From an uncultured virus (IMG/VR IMGVR_UViG_3300009605_000001) (taxonomy: Duplodnaviria > Heunggongvirae > Uroviricota > Caudoviricetes): DNA of 64,000 nucleotides. Where the stretch lies: the IMG/VR virus record IMGVR_UViG_3300009605_000001, one strand, 5' to 3'. The notes below the pieces were generated by a model. The model did not search any database, was not told the origin of the DNA, and saw only the letters and a list, made by a program, of their open reading frames with translations. Shown in pieces: positions 10,730 to 20,149 of the stretch. The position numbers and the translations under genes were made by a program. Each line of letters starts with the position of its first letter. Positions within the stretch are counted from its first letter, which is position 1.

Positions 10730-11689
10730 TTATACCACGCTCTTCCTTGGTGGGTTTGTTTTATAGGTGTGGGCTGCTGGGAGATTCCCCGTCAAGCCAT
10801 ATTTGTGGGCAAGATAGCCCTCGATTTCTTCTTGATATACAGCGATGTTGCCAGTACTTACGGCTCCTTCGTCTGATATAACAACCATTTCATATATAAC
10901 GCCTTCGAAGTTACCTGAGGCACCGCTGCCATCTCCTAAATGACCAGAGATACTTGAAACATTAAACAAATCTGCACTACCTTCAAAAGCTAGGGTACCA
11001 TTAACATATAGTATAGGCTTATTGGCCTTACGACCAAAAGTTAATATAAGATCATCATCAAAACTATAAGCAGAAGTTTTGGAGGTAGCGTTACTATCAA
11101 GATACATTGTAAGTGTCGTAGCAGAACTAGTACAATCTTTAGTTAAAGCCCATGTTGTTATATTTTTTGTAGTAACTATAATGGTTTCCGAGTTATCATC
11201 TGGACCAATATTTACTACCATATAATGTAGGAAGTCACCAGTCCCATGATTCAAAGTATCTGTTGTATCGTCCACCATCTTGTCGGTAAAACCATCAAAG
11301 ACCAGCCCATCAAACCCATTTAGTGGGGTTCCTAAGGTTGGCATATTGCCGAGAGCTGTCTGTGACCAATTGTTTTCTTCAGGAGAACGATCAGTAGCTT
11401 CAATAATCTTAGTGGGGTTGTTTGTCTCTGGTCTAAAGTATTCTGGAGATATCCAATTGATAAGCCTAGACTCAACATCTGGAGTCCAGATAGGACCAAG
11501 ACGTATGTTCCAGCTTGTATCAAAGTCTTCTGGAAGAACATATCCCCTATTCTCTAGAATTTCGTTTCTTAATGATAATATATAATCTCTTGTTCCCCGA
11601 CCTAAGTTCTCTGTCTGATTAGCAACACAAGTACTGCTGTTAGTAGTACCTACTATATCTAAAGTACGGAGAGGAGTATTAATATTCAT
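10730..11689 (-). CDS. Virion protein with concanavalin/LamG-like domain
   Basis: LYVNG, FEGVIYEMVV and EIEGYLAHKYGL motifs typical of phage LamG-like proteins. Confidence 0.65.
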   Translation of the reverse strand: MNINTPLRTLDIVGTTNSSTCVANQTENLGRGTRDYILSLRNEILENRGYVLPEDFDTSWNIRLGPIWTPDVESRLINWISPEYFRPETNNPTKIIEATDRSPEENNWSQTALGNMPTLGTPLNGFDGLVFDGFTDKMVDDTTDTLNHGTGDFLHYMVVNIGPDDNSETIIVTTKNITTWALTKDCTSSATTLTMYLDSNATSKTSAYSFDDDLILTFGRKANKPILYVNGTLAFEGSADLFNVSSISGHLGDGSGASGNFEGVIYEMVVISDEGAVSTGNIAVYQEEIEGYLAHKYGLTGNLPAAHTYKTNPPRKSVV

Positions 11690-11692
11690 AGA

Positions 11693-12106
11693 TTAAACCC
11701 AAGCAAAGAAGAATTTAGTTGTAAAATCAGTTCCGACAGAAGAAACAACAGTAGCATCATTATAAGCTAATCTAAAATTAGGAGCGTATACTCCCGATAG
11801 ATCTGCAAGATAGCTTGTGACCCCAGTACTAGCAGCAACTGAAGCGTCAAGAACAGAAACAGTAACCCAATCTGTACCGTTATGAGATGCTTGTATTTCA
11901 AGGGAAGCACTAGCAACATCAGGTACTACCTGAATATCCATACCCATGAGAAGCTTTTTGTTTTCAATGGAATCCGTAGAAGGTACAATAGTAGCACTGA
12001 CACATTTATCAGTTGCGTTTGCCATGGTAGCGGTTGTGGGTGATGTTTTTACAGTATAGCCATTGACTGTTGCAGAAACAAAAGCTCCTGCTGTTGTTGT
12101 AGCCAT
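11693..12106 (-). CDS. Putative virion decoration protein (paralog of 12117-12872)
   Basis: Thr/Ser/Ala-rich beta protein; alignable by eye to the adjacent gene. Confidence 0.6.
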   Translation of the reverse strand: MATTTAGAFVSATVNGYTVKTSPTTATMANATDKCVSATIVPSTDSIENKKLLMGMDIQVVPDVASASLEIQASHNGTDWVTVSVLDASVAASTGVTSYLADLSGVYAPNFRLAYNDATVVSSVGTDFTTKFFFAWV

Positions 12107-12116
12107 AGTTCACCTC

Positions 12117-12872
12117 CTATTTATGTGAGAAAAAGAATTGCGATGTTCCAGAAGTTCCAATATCAACGCCACCGCTATTCAGTAACATTCTAAAATATGG
12201 AGCAACTATCCTTGTTGTATCTGGGTAGTATTTAAATACTCCAACGGTACCATCTAACTCGCTGTCAAGTGTAACAGCGGTTACCCAACTAGCTTTATCA
12301 TGAGAGACCTGTAACACAAGGTCTGGACCACCGCCGCCAGTAAAGTTTGTCTTCGACATACCAGCAGTTCCGGTGTCTGTCAGAGTAACTGTGGTATTAC
12401 CAGCTACACCACCTGTAGCCTGAGTAACAGTTACCACAGCCCCATCTACCGTAGCAGTAAACCTAGTTCCTGCCGGACCCGATGAGGTGTTGATTACATT
12501 CATCAAATTAGTAGCTGTGGCATCGTTGGAAGTTGTGGATTCCCACGTTCCCGCCACTGAACTTTGGTCACCATTAACAAAATCGTAGTTGGTACCATCA
12601 GTAGCAATTAGGTTTATCTTATCAGTACTATTAAGTTCGGTAAAAGCTGTAATTGTTATAGTACAGGTTGCAGTAGTATTATACTCCGTAGCCACAATAA
12701 CACCCATAACAAGATCGGCGGCCTTGTTAGCAAGGTTATCAGTATTTGTATCTATAGCAATACTAGCAAGGGAATCGGTACCGCTAGCTAAGGTAGGACT
12801 AACTGCTGTTGTTCTAGAAGTATACCCACCAATAGTAGATGAAGAAAAAGCTTCTGCTGTTAGAGTAGCCAT
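12117..12872 (-). CDS. Putative virion decoration protein with inserted domain
   Basis: Thr/Gly-rich; N- and C-termini match the 137-aa neighbour. Confidence 0.6.
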   Translation of the reverse strand: MATLTAEAFSSSTIGGYTSRTTAVSPTLASGTDSLASIAIDTNTDNLANKAADLVMGVIVATEYNTTATCTITITAFTELNSTDKINLIATDGTNYDFVNGDQSSVAGTWESTTSNDATATNLMNVINTSSGPAGTRFTATVDGAVVTVTQATGGVAGNTTVTLTDTGTAGMSKTNFTGGGGPDLVLQVSHDKASWVTAVTLDSELDGTVGVFKYYPDTTRIVAPYFRMLLNSGGVDIGTSGTSQFFFSHK

Positions 12873-14458
12873 TAGATTACCCCCTGCTGCATAGCTTGCT
12901 GTATACCTTGACCGCCAGTAGCTTCCATATCCTGCATAGCAGCTTGTAATCCACCTTCAGTTACAGCTTGGTTAACCATTGTTGTCCTATCAGCAGATCC
13001 TTGAATCTGAGCCTGAGCTTGGGCTATTTCCATTTGCTCTTGTTTAACATCCTCTTCTGTTTTAATCCACTGTTGGGCATTAAAGCCGAGAGAACTGATA
13101 AGAGCTCTACCATATTCATCCCATCGGAACATTGCAGCAGCAGCTTCCGGTAGGTTTCTAACCATCTCACCCATTTGCATAAGCTTCTGTAGATCACTAT
13201 CTCTACTAAGTGCCTGAAGACCAGTGACAATAGAAACACCTAACATCCCCTCTTCAGTAAACATATCCTGAAGTCTTTCATCTATCTCACTGTTGGTAGT
13301 CATAAGAAATACAGTTCGTCTTACAATAGGCTCCATCAAATCTCTAGCAATAGCCGAAAATGCTCCGCCAAGAACGTGTTCAAGTTCTTGACCAATCATT
13401 CTAACAGCAGTAGCTGTAACCCTTTCACCTTGGGGTATGCTAGCGGAGTCTAATAAGAAAGCTCTTCCTATTTCCTTACGTAATATATCTACACCGGTTT
13501 GTGTTGCACCAATCTGGGGGTTCATGGTTTGTGCAGGTGAGATTGTAAAGACTTCGTTAGGTCTTGAAGCAACAAAAGACCCAGAAGGAGATCCAGCAAG
13601 ATCATCTATCTCAGTAATACCCGTTGGGTCAACACCCTGCCAAAACAGTGAAGCAGCAGAGATACCATTAATCAACCCCTCAGTAAATCCTTCAAGGGTT
13701 TTGATATCACCAATTAGATCCTCGCAATGTGATCGACCATAGTTCTCTCCGGGTACACCGACCCACCTAAGCATTATAAAGGGGGGTGTAGTATATTCAC
13801 CACCACCTTGGAGAGCATTACCATCAGCATCTTGTCTTGTTATTGTCCAGACACCATCCTTAACAACAATTCTCATGTATACTTCTTTGTATCCCTGTCT
13901 ATTATCCATTCCCTCTGAAGAAGACATTAAATAATCGTCACTATTCATAGCCTCAGGAAGCGACTCATATTCAACCATAATACATTCTTCTACTTCACCA
14001 TAAACATCTCTACGACATACATATCTATCTAATCTTACAACCCTAAAGTTCATATCATCATCCATAATAATACAAACATCACCAATAACAATAAGATGTT
14101 GTAGTGCTTGGTAAATAGTTTCTCTTAAGTTACCAGCCGATAACTTAGTATAAACTTGTTGTGAAAGATTAGATAGATAGACCTGTACCTCTACCTCAGG
14201 TTCAATACCAGAACCCATCTCGAATTTAAAGAAAGGCATATCATTTAACGGCAACAATGCACTAAGCATTCGACTAGCCATAGCTGTAACACCTCGTGCA
14301 GGAATAGAACTAAATGGTTGGGGTAGTTGGCTTTGCTCTGTCCACCCTTGTGGTGGTAATAGAGATGGAATAGTAAGCGATGCACAATAACGAGATCTTT
14401 CTAGTTTAGACCACCGTAAACTATCAAGAATTTTGAATCGTTTTGCGATATCGACCAT
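12872..14458 (-). CDS. Portal (head-to-tail connector, T7 gp8-like)
   Basis: LTIPSLLP, ARGVTAMASRMLSALLP, GENYGRS, ERVTATAVR and IVTGLQALSR motifs. Confidence 0.95.
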   Translation of the reverse strand: MVDIAKRFKILDSLRWSKLERSRYCASLTIPSLLPPQGWTEQSQLPQPFSSIPARGVTAMASRMLSALLPLNDMPFFKFEMGSGIEPEVEVQVYLSNLSQQVYTKLSAGNLRETIYQALQHLIVIGDVCIIMDDDMNFRVVRLDRYVCRRDVYGEVEECIMVEYESLPEAMNSDDYLMSSSEGMDNRQGYKEVYMRIVVKDGVWTITRQDADGNALQGGGEYTTPPFIMLRWVGVPGENYGRSHCEDLIGDIKTLEGFTEGLINGISAASLFWQGVDPTGITEIDDLAGSPSGSFVASRPNEVFTISPAQTMNPQIGATQTGVDILRKEIGRAFLLDSASIPQGERVTATAVRMIGQELEHVLGGAFSAIARDLMEPIVRRTVFLMTTNSEIDERLQDMFTEEGMLGVSIVTGLQALSRDSDLQKLMQMGEMVRNLPEAAAAMFRWDEYGRALISSLGFNAQQWIKTEEDVKQEQMEIAQAQAQIQGSADRTTMVNQAVTEGGLQAAMQDMEATGGQGIQQAMQQGVI

Positions 14459-14470
14459 TAGTTATTCCCC

Positions 14471-14866
14471 TTATTCAGGTCTTGTTTCCTCTGTTGTTTC
14501 CTCTTCCTCTTCACTTTCAGTAATGAAATCAGTACCAAAAGCAAGCGAGGCAAACATATCAGCAACAGATGTATCAACATCTTTAGGTTCTTCAATACTT
14601 TCCGAAACATCAGCACCCATTTTTTCAAGTCTTTCTAGTTCAGATATTCTAGCTTCTTCTTCTTGTTGCTGCATCATTCTTTGAGCATCTTCTCGTGCTG
14701 CTCTTTGTGCTTCTTGTTCGGCCAAGAACTCTCTTTGTGCTAAATCTCTTTCAGCAGATAACTCTGCCTCCTTCTCTAAGAGACTCCTTTGATCTGCTGC
14801 AGATAAACCTTGAGGTATCTCTCCACTCGGCCCGCCCCCAAAGAATAAAGGATGGTTTCTAATCAT
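14471..14866 (-). CDS. Hypothetical coiled-coil protein (T7 gp7.3-like position)
   Basis: 131-aa ORF directly upstream of the portal gene. Confidence 0.6.
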   Translation of the reverse strand: MIRNHPLFFGGGPSGEIPQGLSAADQRSLLEKEAELSAERDLAQREFLAEQEAQRAAREDAQRMMQQQEEEARISELERLEKMGADVSESIEEPKDVDTSVADMFASLAFGTDFITESEEEEETTEETRPE

Positions 14867-15561
14867 GAGGGTCTCCCTTCTAATCTCCTAGCACCCCTAC
14901 GTGATCTACGCCTCCAAGAACTTGCTTGCATACCGGGCGATCTACCTTCAGGAGAAATACCTACATCACCACCAGCTTCAACACCGGGTCGCACACCAAG
15001 ATTAGCTTCTTCCTTTGCAAACATACTCAGCTTCTCTTGATAACCTTTATCTGTAACCATAGTCCTTGCTTTCATTGTCCGCACCTTCTCCTTGTGTTCT
15101 TGCCTCATCTTTGCCGCTTCCTCAGCCATATGTTTCTTGAATCCGCGTATCTGCCTTCGGATATCAGCCTTGGCTTGCTTAGCTGCAGCTCTAGCCTTAG
15201 CAATAGCTTCCCACTTAGCCTTTCTTATTTTACTACTATGCCCAAACTGTGGGTTGCCTGTCTCTTTGTTGATATTATTATTCTTATGGCCTACAGTATA
15301 TTGAGTAAGGTCAAGACCAGCTCCTTCGAACATAACATCAATCTTCTTCTTAGACAAAGGCTCACTAATAATATCTAAAGGAATAACAATTTCACCGGGA
15401 GTTAAATGACCTAGAATAACATCGCCACCTGCACTAGCTGATTCTACTGAGGAGGGTTGACCCTTTGTTGGGGGCGGGGGTACTGGAGGTTGTTGTTCTC
15501 CTCCACCCATCATTCCCATCATTCCCTGCATCATAGCTTGTTCAGGATTGATACTAGGCAT
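14863..15561 (-). CDS. Hypothetical virion-associated protein
   Basis: 232 aa; GDVILGHLTPGEIVIP...INKETGNPQF motif recurrent in phage proteins; coupled to its neighbours. Confidence 0.6.
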   Translation of the reverse strand: MPSINPEQAMMQGMMGMMGGGEQQPPVPPPPTKGQPSSVESASAGGDVILGHLTPGEIVIPLDIISEPLSKKKIDVMFEGAGLDLTQYTVGHKNNNINKETGNPQFGHSSKIRKAKWEAIAKARAAAKQAKADIRRQIRGFKKHMAEEAAKMRQEHKEKVRTMKARTMVTDKGYQEKLSMFAKEEANLGVRPGVEAGGDVGISPEGRSPGMQASSWRRRSRRGARRLEGRPS

Positions 15562-15760
15562 TACTTACTCCTTTTTTCTGAAGTTCGATAATATGTTCTA
15601 TCGTGTAGATTACTTCTCGTTGACCGGCTCTAAAGATTGCTTCTCTAATAAACTCATCAGAGTCTTTCTCTAGATTATATTCAAGAGGCGGGTACTTTTT
15701 TCTTAGAAACTTTGCTAGGTCTACGTCCAGTAGACTTAGGTTCTTCCATTCCTGTTTCAT
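15554..15760 (-). CDS. Hypothetical protein (gp6.5-like position)
   Basis: 68 aa; LRKKYP...FRAGQREVI pattern seen in T7-like small genes before the portal gene. Confidence 0.6.
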   Translation of the reverse strand: MKQEWKNLSLLDVDLAKFLRKKYPPLEYNLEKDSDEFIREAIFRAGQREVIYTIEHIIELQKKGVSNA

Positions 15761-15893
15761 TTGTATTACCTTTCTCTAAAGCCAAGAGTCTTTGATCAAT
15801 GTCTTTAATAACTATAACCAATTCAGCTGGCAGTACTTGAGCGTTCATACGCATCTTACGATAAACTGTGGCTTTATTATGCAACATACTCAT
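15681..15893 (-). CDS. Hypothetical protein
   Basis: 70-aa ORF starting right after the RNR stop. Confidence 0.5.
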   Translation of the reverse strand: MSMLHNKATVYRKMRMNAQVLPAELVIVIKDIDQRLLALEKGNTNETGMEEPKSTGRRPSKVSKKKVPAS

Positions 15894-15894
15894 A

Positions 15895-17796
15895 TTAGTT
15901 CTCCACTAAATCCACAACCTCACACGTACCACCGCTACACGCAAGTGTATGTGTGTTGGTTGTTGTATCTTCAAGTTCATAGAACGATAGATTCTCCCAG
16001 TTAATATTAGCTGGGGTTTGTTCCACCATTTCTAAATAATGTTCTTTACTTATAGCCTCGAATGGGGCTTGTTCATATACATGATCTGTTTGGGGTAAGA
16101 AAGATATACCAGAAACCCATTCCCAATTAGCATATATCCATTGACCTACTGAAAGAAAACTATTGTCTGTATAGTTTACTGTAACCGATGGTTTATGATC
16201 ACACCAATATTTTTGATAAGTAAGCCACAACTCTAAATGATCAAGCGGATTATAGTGGGTATATGTTGTAGCTTCATTAGGTGACTTTACCGGGAAAGAG
16301 AAGATAGTAGTTGTGTCTCCTCTAGTAACACAAGATTCGTGGACAACACCTCGGTCCTTCATAAAGGCACACAAGGGGTTGTCTGTGTCTATCCTGACTC
16401 GCCTAATATAATACTCAGAGAATCTAGGATGGATTCCTGATGATGTATTAGCAACACACGAAGTAGTTCCGCTTGGTTTACAACAAGTGATAGACTTAGA
16501 CTTCTCAATCCCTATAATCTCTGCCCACTTTTCGTTTGTTAAATGTGCTTCTTCTTTAAGCTTTGTTAATAGATCTTTCAGTGTCTCGTTGTTTGATGAG
16601 GTTAGCAAACTATCATATATACCCGTAAAGGAGACACCTAATAATCTTTCTTCTTCACAGTTATTTTTCCACTCATGATCTAAGTAAGTAAACTTAGTGC
16701 ACGCCGATTGGGTTGTACCGAGAATAGTAGCCATCCTAACCTTACGTCTAAGAGTAGCTTCAGTATCATGAGATCTTATAACAACCTCTGACAAGTTACA
16801 GAATTGCTTAGGTCTCAATATAATTTCACTACACGGGTTAGTTCCCCACTTAGCTTTACTTCTGTAACTTCGCTCAGCAATGTTATTCATTGCTTCTCTA
16901 TTACATATACCACGTTCACCGCTTCGAGAATCATATAACAAAGCCCACTCTTCCATAAACCTACTAAGTGTAGGCTTGGCTTCATAAACAGCAGAGTTAT
17001 TAGATAGGGATCTGTGACTCGATCCTTCCCACCAAGGTCCAGACTTAGCCTTAGACATTTCTCTATCATCAAGATCAGACAAAGATATCAAAGCCGACCT
17101 GCGTACTCCTCCGGAGATTACAACCTCACCGATCATACAAACAAGATCGTGTACATTAAGAGAGGTTAACTTCTGTCCGCTTTGTTTATAAAACATATTA
17201 ACTGTATACTTAAATAACTTTTCTAAAGGCTCAGGTCCACTGGCTCTTCCACCAAATGTCTTAAGCCTAGATCCTCTTGGTCGTACAAGGTGGGTTTCCC
17301 ATGTTGGGTGTATGCCATTGTATAGAGAACTTAGTAAAGCACTGTAAGCTCTAGCCCACCCTTCACGCGAATCTCCAACTACAATATAGTTATCTTCAAC
17401 ACGGTTAATAGTAGGTATTGTAGGAAGGTTATCAATCTCTGATCGTTCACAAGAGAATCCTACCCCTGTCCCACAACATAAGATATATAATATATCTGAG
17501 AAAGACTGGATTGAGTTGATAGGTAAATAAGAACAGTTATATAAACAAGTATCGTCCCTATCAGCTGCCTTTCCAGCAGTCATGAGAGCCCTCATAGAGG
17601 GAAACAGCTCAAGATTAAATGTCATCTCTCTAATATCATTCCACTCCTCAAGGTGACCTTCCTTAATAGCAGGAAAACGATCCAAGAAGTAATCATAATA
17701 CCTATCGACACACTCACGCCATGTCTCTCTCCGCTTCTCATCATCTAGCCATCTGCAGTAGTTACTTGTCACTACAAACTTCTGGAATTCGTCCAT
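15895..17796 (-). CDS. nrdJ: Class II (adenosylcobalamin-dependent) ribonucleotide reductase
   Basis: NCSY, GTGVGF, GGVRRSALISL, TNPCSEI and KPSGT motifs; C-terminal CSGGTC; no beta subunit nearby. Confidence 0.92.
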   Translation of the reverse strand: MDEFQKFVVTSNYCRWLDDEKRRETWRECVDRYYDYFLDRFPAIKEGHLEEWNDIREMTFNLELFPSMRALMTAGKAADRDDTCLYNCSYLPINSIQSFSDILYILCCGTGVGFSCERSEIDNLPTIPTINRVEDNYIVVGDSREGWARAYSALLSSLYNGIHPTWETHLVRPRGSRLKTFGGRASGPEPLEKLFKYTVNMFYKQSGQKLTSLNVHDLVCMIGEVVISGGVRRSALISLSDLDDREMSKAKSGPWWEGSSHRSLSNNSAVYEAKPTLSRFMEEWALLYDSRSGERGICNREAMNNIAERSYRSKAKWGTNPCSEIILRPKQFCNLSEVVIRSHDTEATLRRKVRMATILGTTQSACTKFTYLDHEWKNNCEEERLLGVSFTGIYDSLLTSSNNETLKDLLTKLKEEAHLTNEKWAEIIGIEKSKSITCCKPSGTTSCVANTSSGIHPRFSEYYIRRVRIDTDNPLCAFMKDRGVVHESCVTRGDTTTIFSFPVKSPNEATTYTHYNPLDHLELWLTYQKYWCDHKPSVTVNYTDNSFLSVGQWIYANWEWVSGISFLPQTDHVYEQAPFEAISKEHYLEMVEQTPANINWENLSFYELEDTTTNTHTLACSGGTCEVVDLVEN

Positions 17797-17817
17797 GTTT
17801 TCTCCTTATTGTCTTTA

Positions 17818-18579
17818 TTACCCATCTTTAGGTACCCATAGACTAATTTTATTTGTTTTTAAGTTGTAAGTCTCTGTGGTTAATATGTTTACGCACTGAG
17901 CCATAGCCACAGCTACATCTTTAGAGGACATATCGTACTTCTTCTTCGGTTTGTACTTATCACTAGTATATAGTTCAATAATACACCCCTCCCAATCCCC
18001 TTCATCCCACTCTTCTAGCATCTTCTGTGCTGTTTTGGGACCGATTCTCCATAGTCCGGGCAAACCGTCAACAGAATCTCCAGTCATCCACTGTTCAAAG
18101 AAGAATCTTCTAGCTTCTTTCTTAGTTATAAACCGTAACTCCTCATCTTTTCTAGGGTTATAGTGCCAACCACATACCCCTTTAAGATCCTTATCTATTG
18201 TAACAGCAATAGCCTTGTTAGAGTATGTGTATATCCCAAGTATATCGTCTGCTTCTAAGGAAGGTAATTCTTTACACTTGTACTTATATCTCATGTGGTC
18301 CTTCACATCTAATAAATACTCTGGTATATAGAGATCTTCCCTGTTAGCCTTATAATCAGGCCATATATTTCTTCTGAAGTTGTCTACTCTTGAGCAAGAC
18401 AGTGCTATTGTAATACCATCTACCCCATCAGGAGTCCACTGCTTAACCAGCTTCTCCAACTTAATAGGAAAATCATCAGGATCGTTTACCTCTGCCCAGA
18501 ACGCCGTCTGGTATGCGAGGATATCGCCATCTAAAAAAGCTTTTCTAGGTTTCTTCCTCATCATCCTCCTCCTCATCAA
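17818..18579 (-). CDS. 5'-3' exonuclease (T7 gp6-like)
   Basis: LDGDIL, YKANR, LEADD, IDKDL and GDSVDGLPGL..IGPKTA motifs. Confidence 0.92.
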   Translation of the reverse strand: MMRRRMMRKKPRKAFLDGDILAYQTAFWAEVNDPDDFPIKLEKLVKQWTPDGVDGITIALSCSRVDNFRRNIWPDYKANREDLYIPEYLLDVKDHMRYKYKCKELPSLEADDILGIYTYSNKAIAVTIDKDLKGVCGWHYNPRKDEELRFITKKEARRFFFEQWMTGDSVDGLPGLWRIGPKTAQKMLEEWDEGDWEGCIIELYTSDKYKPKKKYDMSSKDVAVAMAQCVNILTTETYNLKTNKISLWVPKDG

Positions 18580-19264
18580 GCTTACCTAATAAGAGGAGAT
18601 CAATCAGTTCAGTTATACATCTTGTAAGATCATCAACGTGCTCATCCTTGTACTCCTGATTGTCAGTGGGTATTACACCACACCAAAGAGGAACAAAAGA
18701 ATGGACCTTTTCTCTAAGATTTTCTATAGTACCTTGGTTCTTAATCAAACAGTTAAATAATTTTCTAAACTCTTTGGCTCCGTTGTCAATAAGTTTAGCC
18801 ATATCTTCAGAGTGGTGGTTTCTCCACCGTTCCTTTGGATCAACAATCTTTCTGTTACCAGAAGAAAGGAAGATTAAAGTACCCTTGTTATTTAAACCGT
18901 ACTCTACTTCATTAGGATATCTACAATCATCTATGATAACACAACGTTCCCAATATTTGTTAGAGGAAGCCATTGCCTTTGCTTCTTCTTCGCTAGCTTT
19001 CTTAATATCTTTATTCAGCTCTTCTATCCAATAGTTATCGTTCACGGCACGCTTAGCAGCGCCATAAGATTGACAAAACTTTCTATATTCTTTTGGATTA
19101 TCATCTTTACTATAGCCTTTTTCGTCTGCCATAGCCTTTAGCGGGCCAGCAAAAGACAAAAGCTTAGGGACAAGACCTAAACCAAATACTTCAGCAGCAA
19201 TTATATGTGCTAGCGTAGTCTTTCCAACCCCAGCTTGTCCAGCTATTATAATTAGCTGCATCAT
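18545..19264 (-). CDS. Deoxynucleoside monophosphate kinase
   Basis: P-loop GQAGVGKT; SFAGPLK, IDDCRYPNE and HHSE motifs of the phage dNMP kinase family. Confidence 0.85.
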   Translation of the reverse strand: MMQLIIIAGQAGVGKTTLAHIIAAEVFGLGLVPKLLSFAGPLKAMADEKGYSKDDNPKEYRKFCQSYGAAKRAVNDNYWIEELNKDIKKASEEEAKAMASSNKYWERCVIIDDCRYPNEVEYGLNNKGTLIFLSSGNRKIVDPKERWRNHHSEDMAKLIDNGAKEFRKLFNCLIKNQGTIENLREKVHSFVPLWCGVIPTDNQEYKDEHVDDLTRCITELIDLLLLGKLDEEEDDEEET

Positions 19265-19793
19265 CTAACTCCTTGTAAAGTGTCTTTGGTTGTACGTGGT
19301 CTCCTACCTTGAAACCACAAATTCTTAATAAGTAACATGTCATTAACGCACACGATGGTGGTAATAGTTTAGGTAATATAAACCTACCTAGAAAATACCA
19401 AAATATAATACTCCTTGCGTCACCAATATAACGGTAACTAGGATACTTCTTTGGTTTATAATTAGCAGCTTCATCATCAGTCAATGGTTTCCACTTAAGT
19501 TTATCATGACTATATAAAAAATCAGTAAGCTGCTGAAGGGAAACGTGAGCCTCATCTAACTCTACCACCTTAATAGGGGCATAGACTAGGTTATGGAATT
19601 TATCAGCGTCAACAAACTTAGCTTTGTGAGACTTATCTGAAGCTAACACTACTCTACTTCCTTCTCTATCAAGCATTATACCACAGTGATGTATGTCGGT
19701 CAAGGCAGAATATTTAATAATCTTTGCTCTCCAGTCTTTTGATCTATCATAAAAACAGACCGAGACTTTAGTTGGAAGAACTTCATACCTCAT
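19191..19793 (-). CDS. Hypothetical protein, possible permuted papain-like (NlpC/P60) fold
   Basis: Early HHCGI, late SCALM and terminal P..LY pattern. Confidence 0.45.
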   Translation of the reverse strand: MRYEVLPTKVSVCFYDRSKDWRAKIIKYSALTDIHHCGIMLDREGSRVVLASDKSHKAKFVDADKFHNLVYAPIKVVELDEAHVSLQQLTDFLYSHDKLKWKPLTDDEAANYKPKKYPSYRYIGDARSIIFWYFLGRFILPKLLPPSCALMTCYLLRICGFKVGDHVQPKTLYKELDDAANYNSWTSWGWKDYASTYNCC

Positions 19794-20149
19794 GATTGAT
19801 ACAGTATTACCATACCCAAGGCAACAGCAAGAGCATGTTCCATACGTGCACCTTCACTCCGCTCCCAACCAGATAACATATAAACACAATGACAAGAAAA
19901 TACAAGATCAACATCTCGTTTCAAAGCTTCCCTTAATTCTTTCTTAGTCATATCATCCTCAGGATCAACACCTTCATACCTATCAATAGCAGCAGGATTA
20001 ACAGGATTCCATATATTTTTCTTACGTAGATTCTTCTCTGCTGCATCAAAGGCATCATGATTATTTCTCTCATAACCTCTCATAGGCCCAGCAATATATA
20101 TATTTAGTTTTGTTTCTACTTTTGTTTCCATCAGTGACACTCCGACCAA
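19790..20149 (-). CDS. DUF4406 / nucleoside 2-deoxyribosyltransferase-like protein
   Basis: IYIAGPMRG, NPA and MLSGWERSEGARME motifs. Confidence 0.85.
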   Translation of the reverse strand: MVGVSLMETKVETKLNIYIAGPMRGYERNNHDAFDAAEKNLRKKNIWNPVNPAAIDRYEGVDPEDDMTKKELREALKRDVDLVFSCHCVYMLSGWERSEGARMEHALAVALGMVILYQS

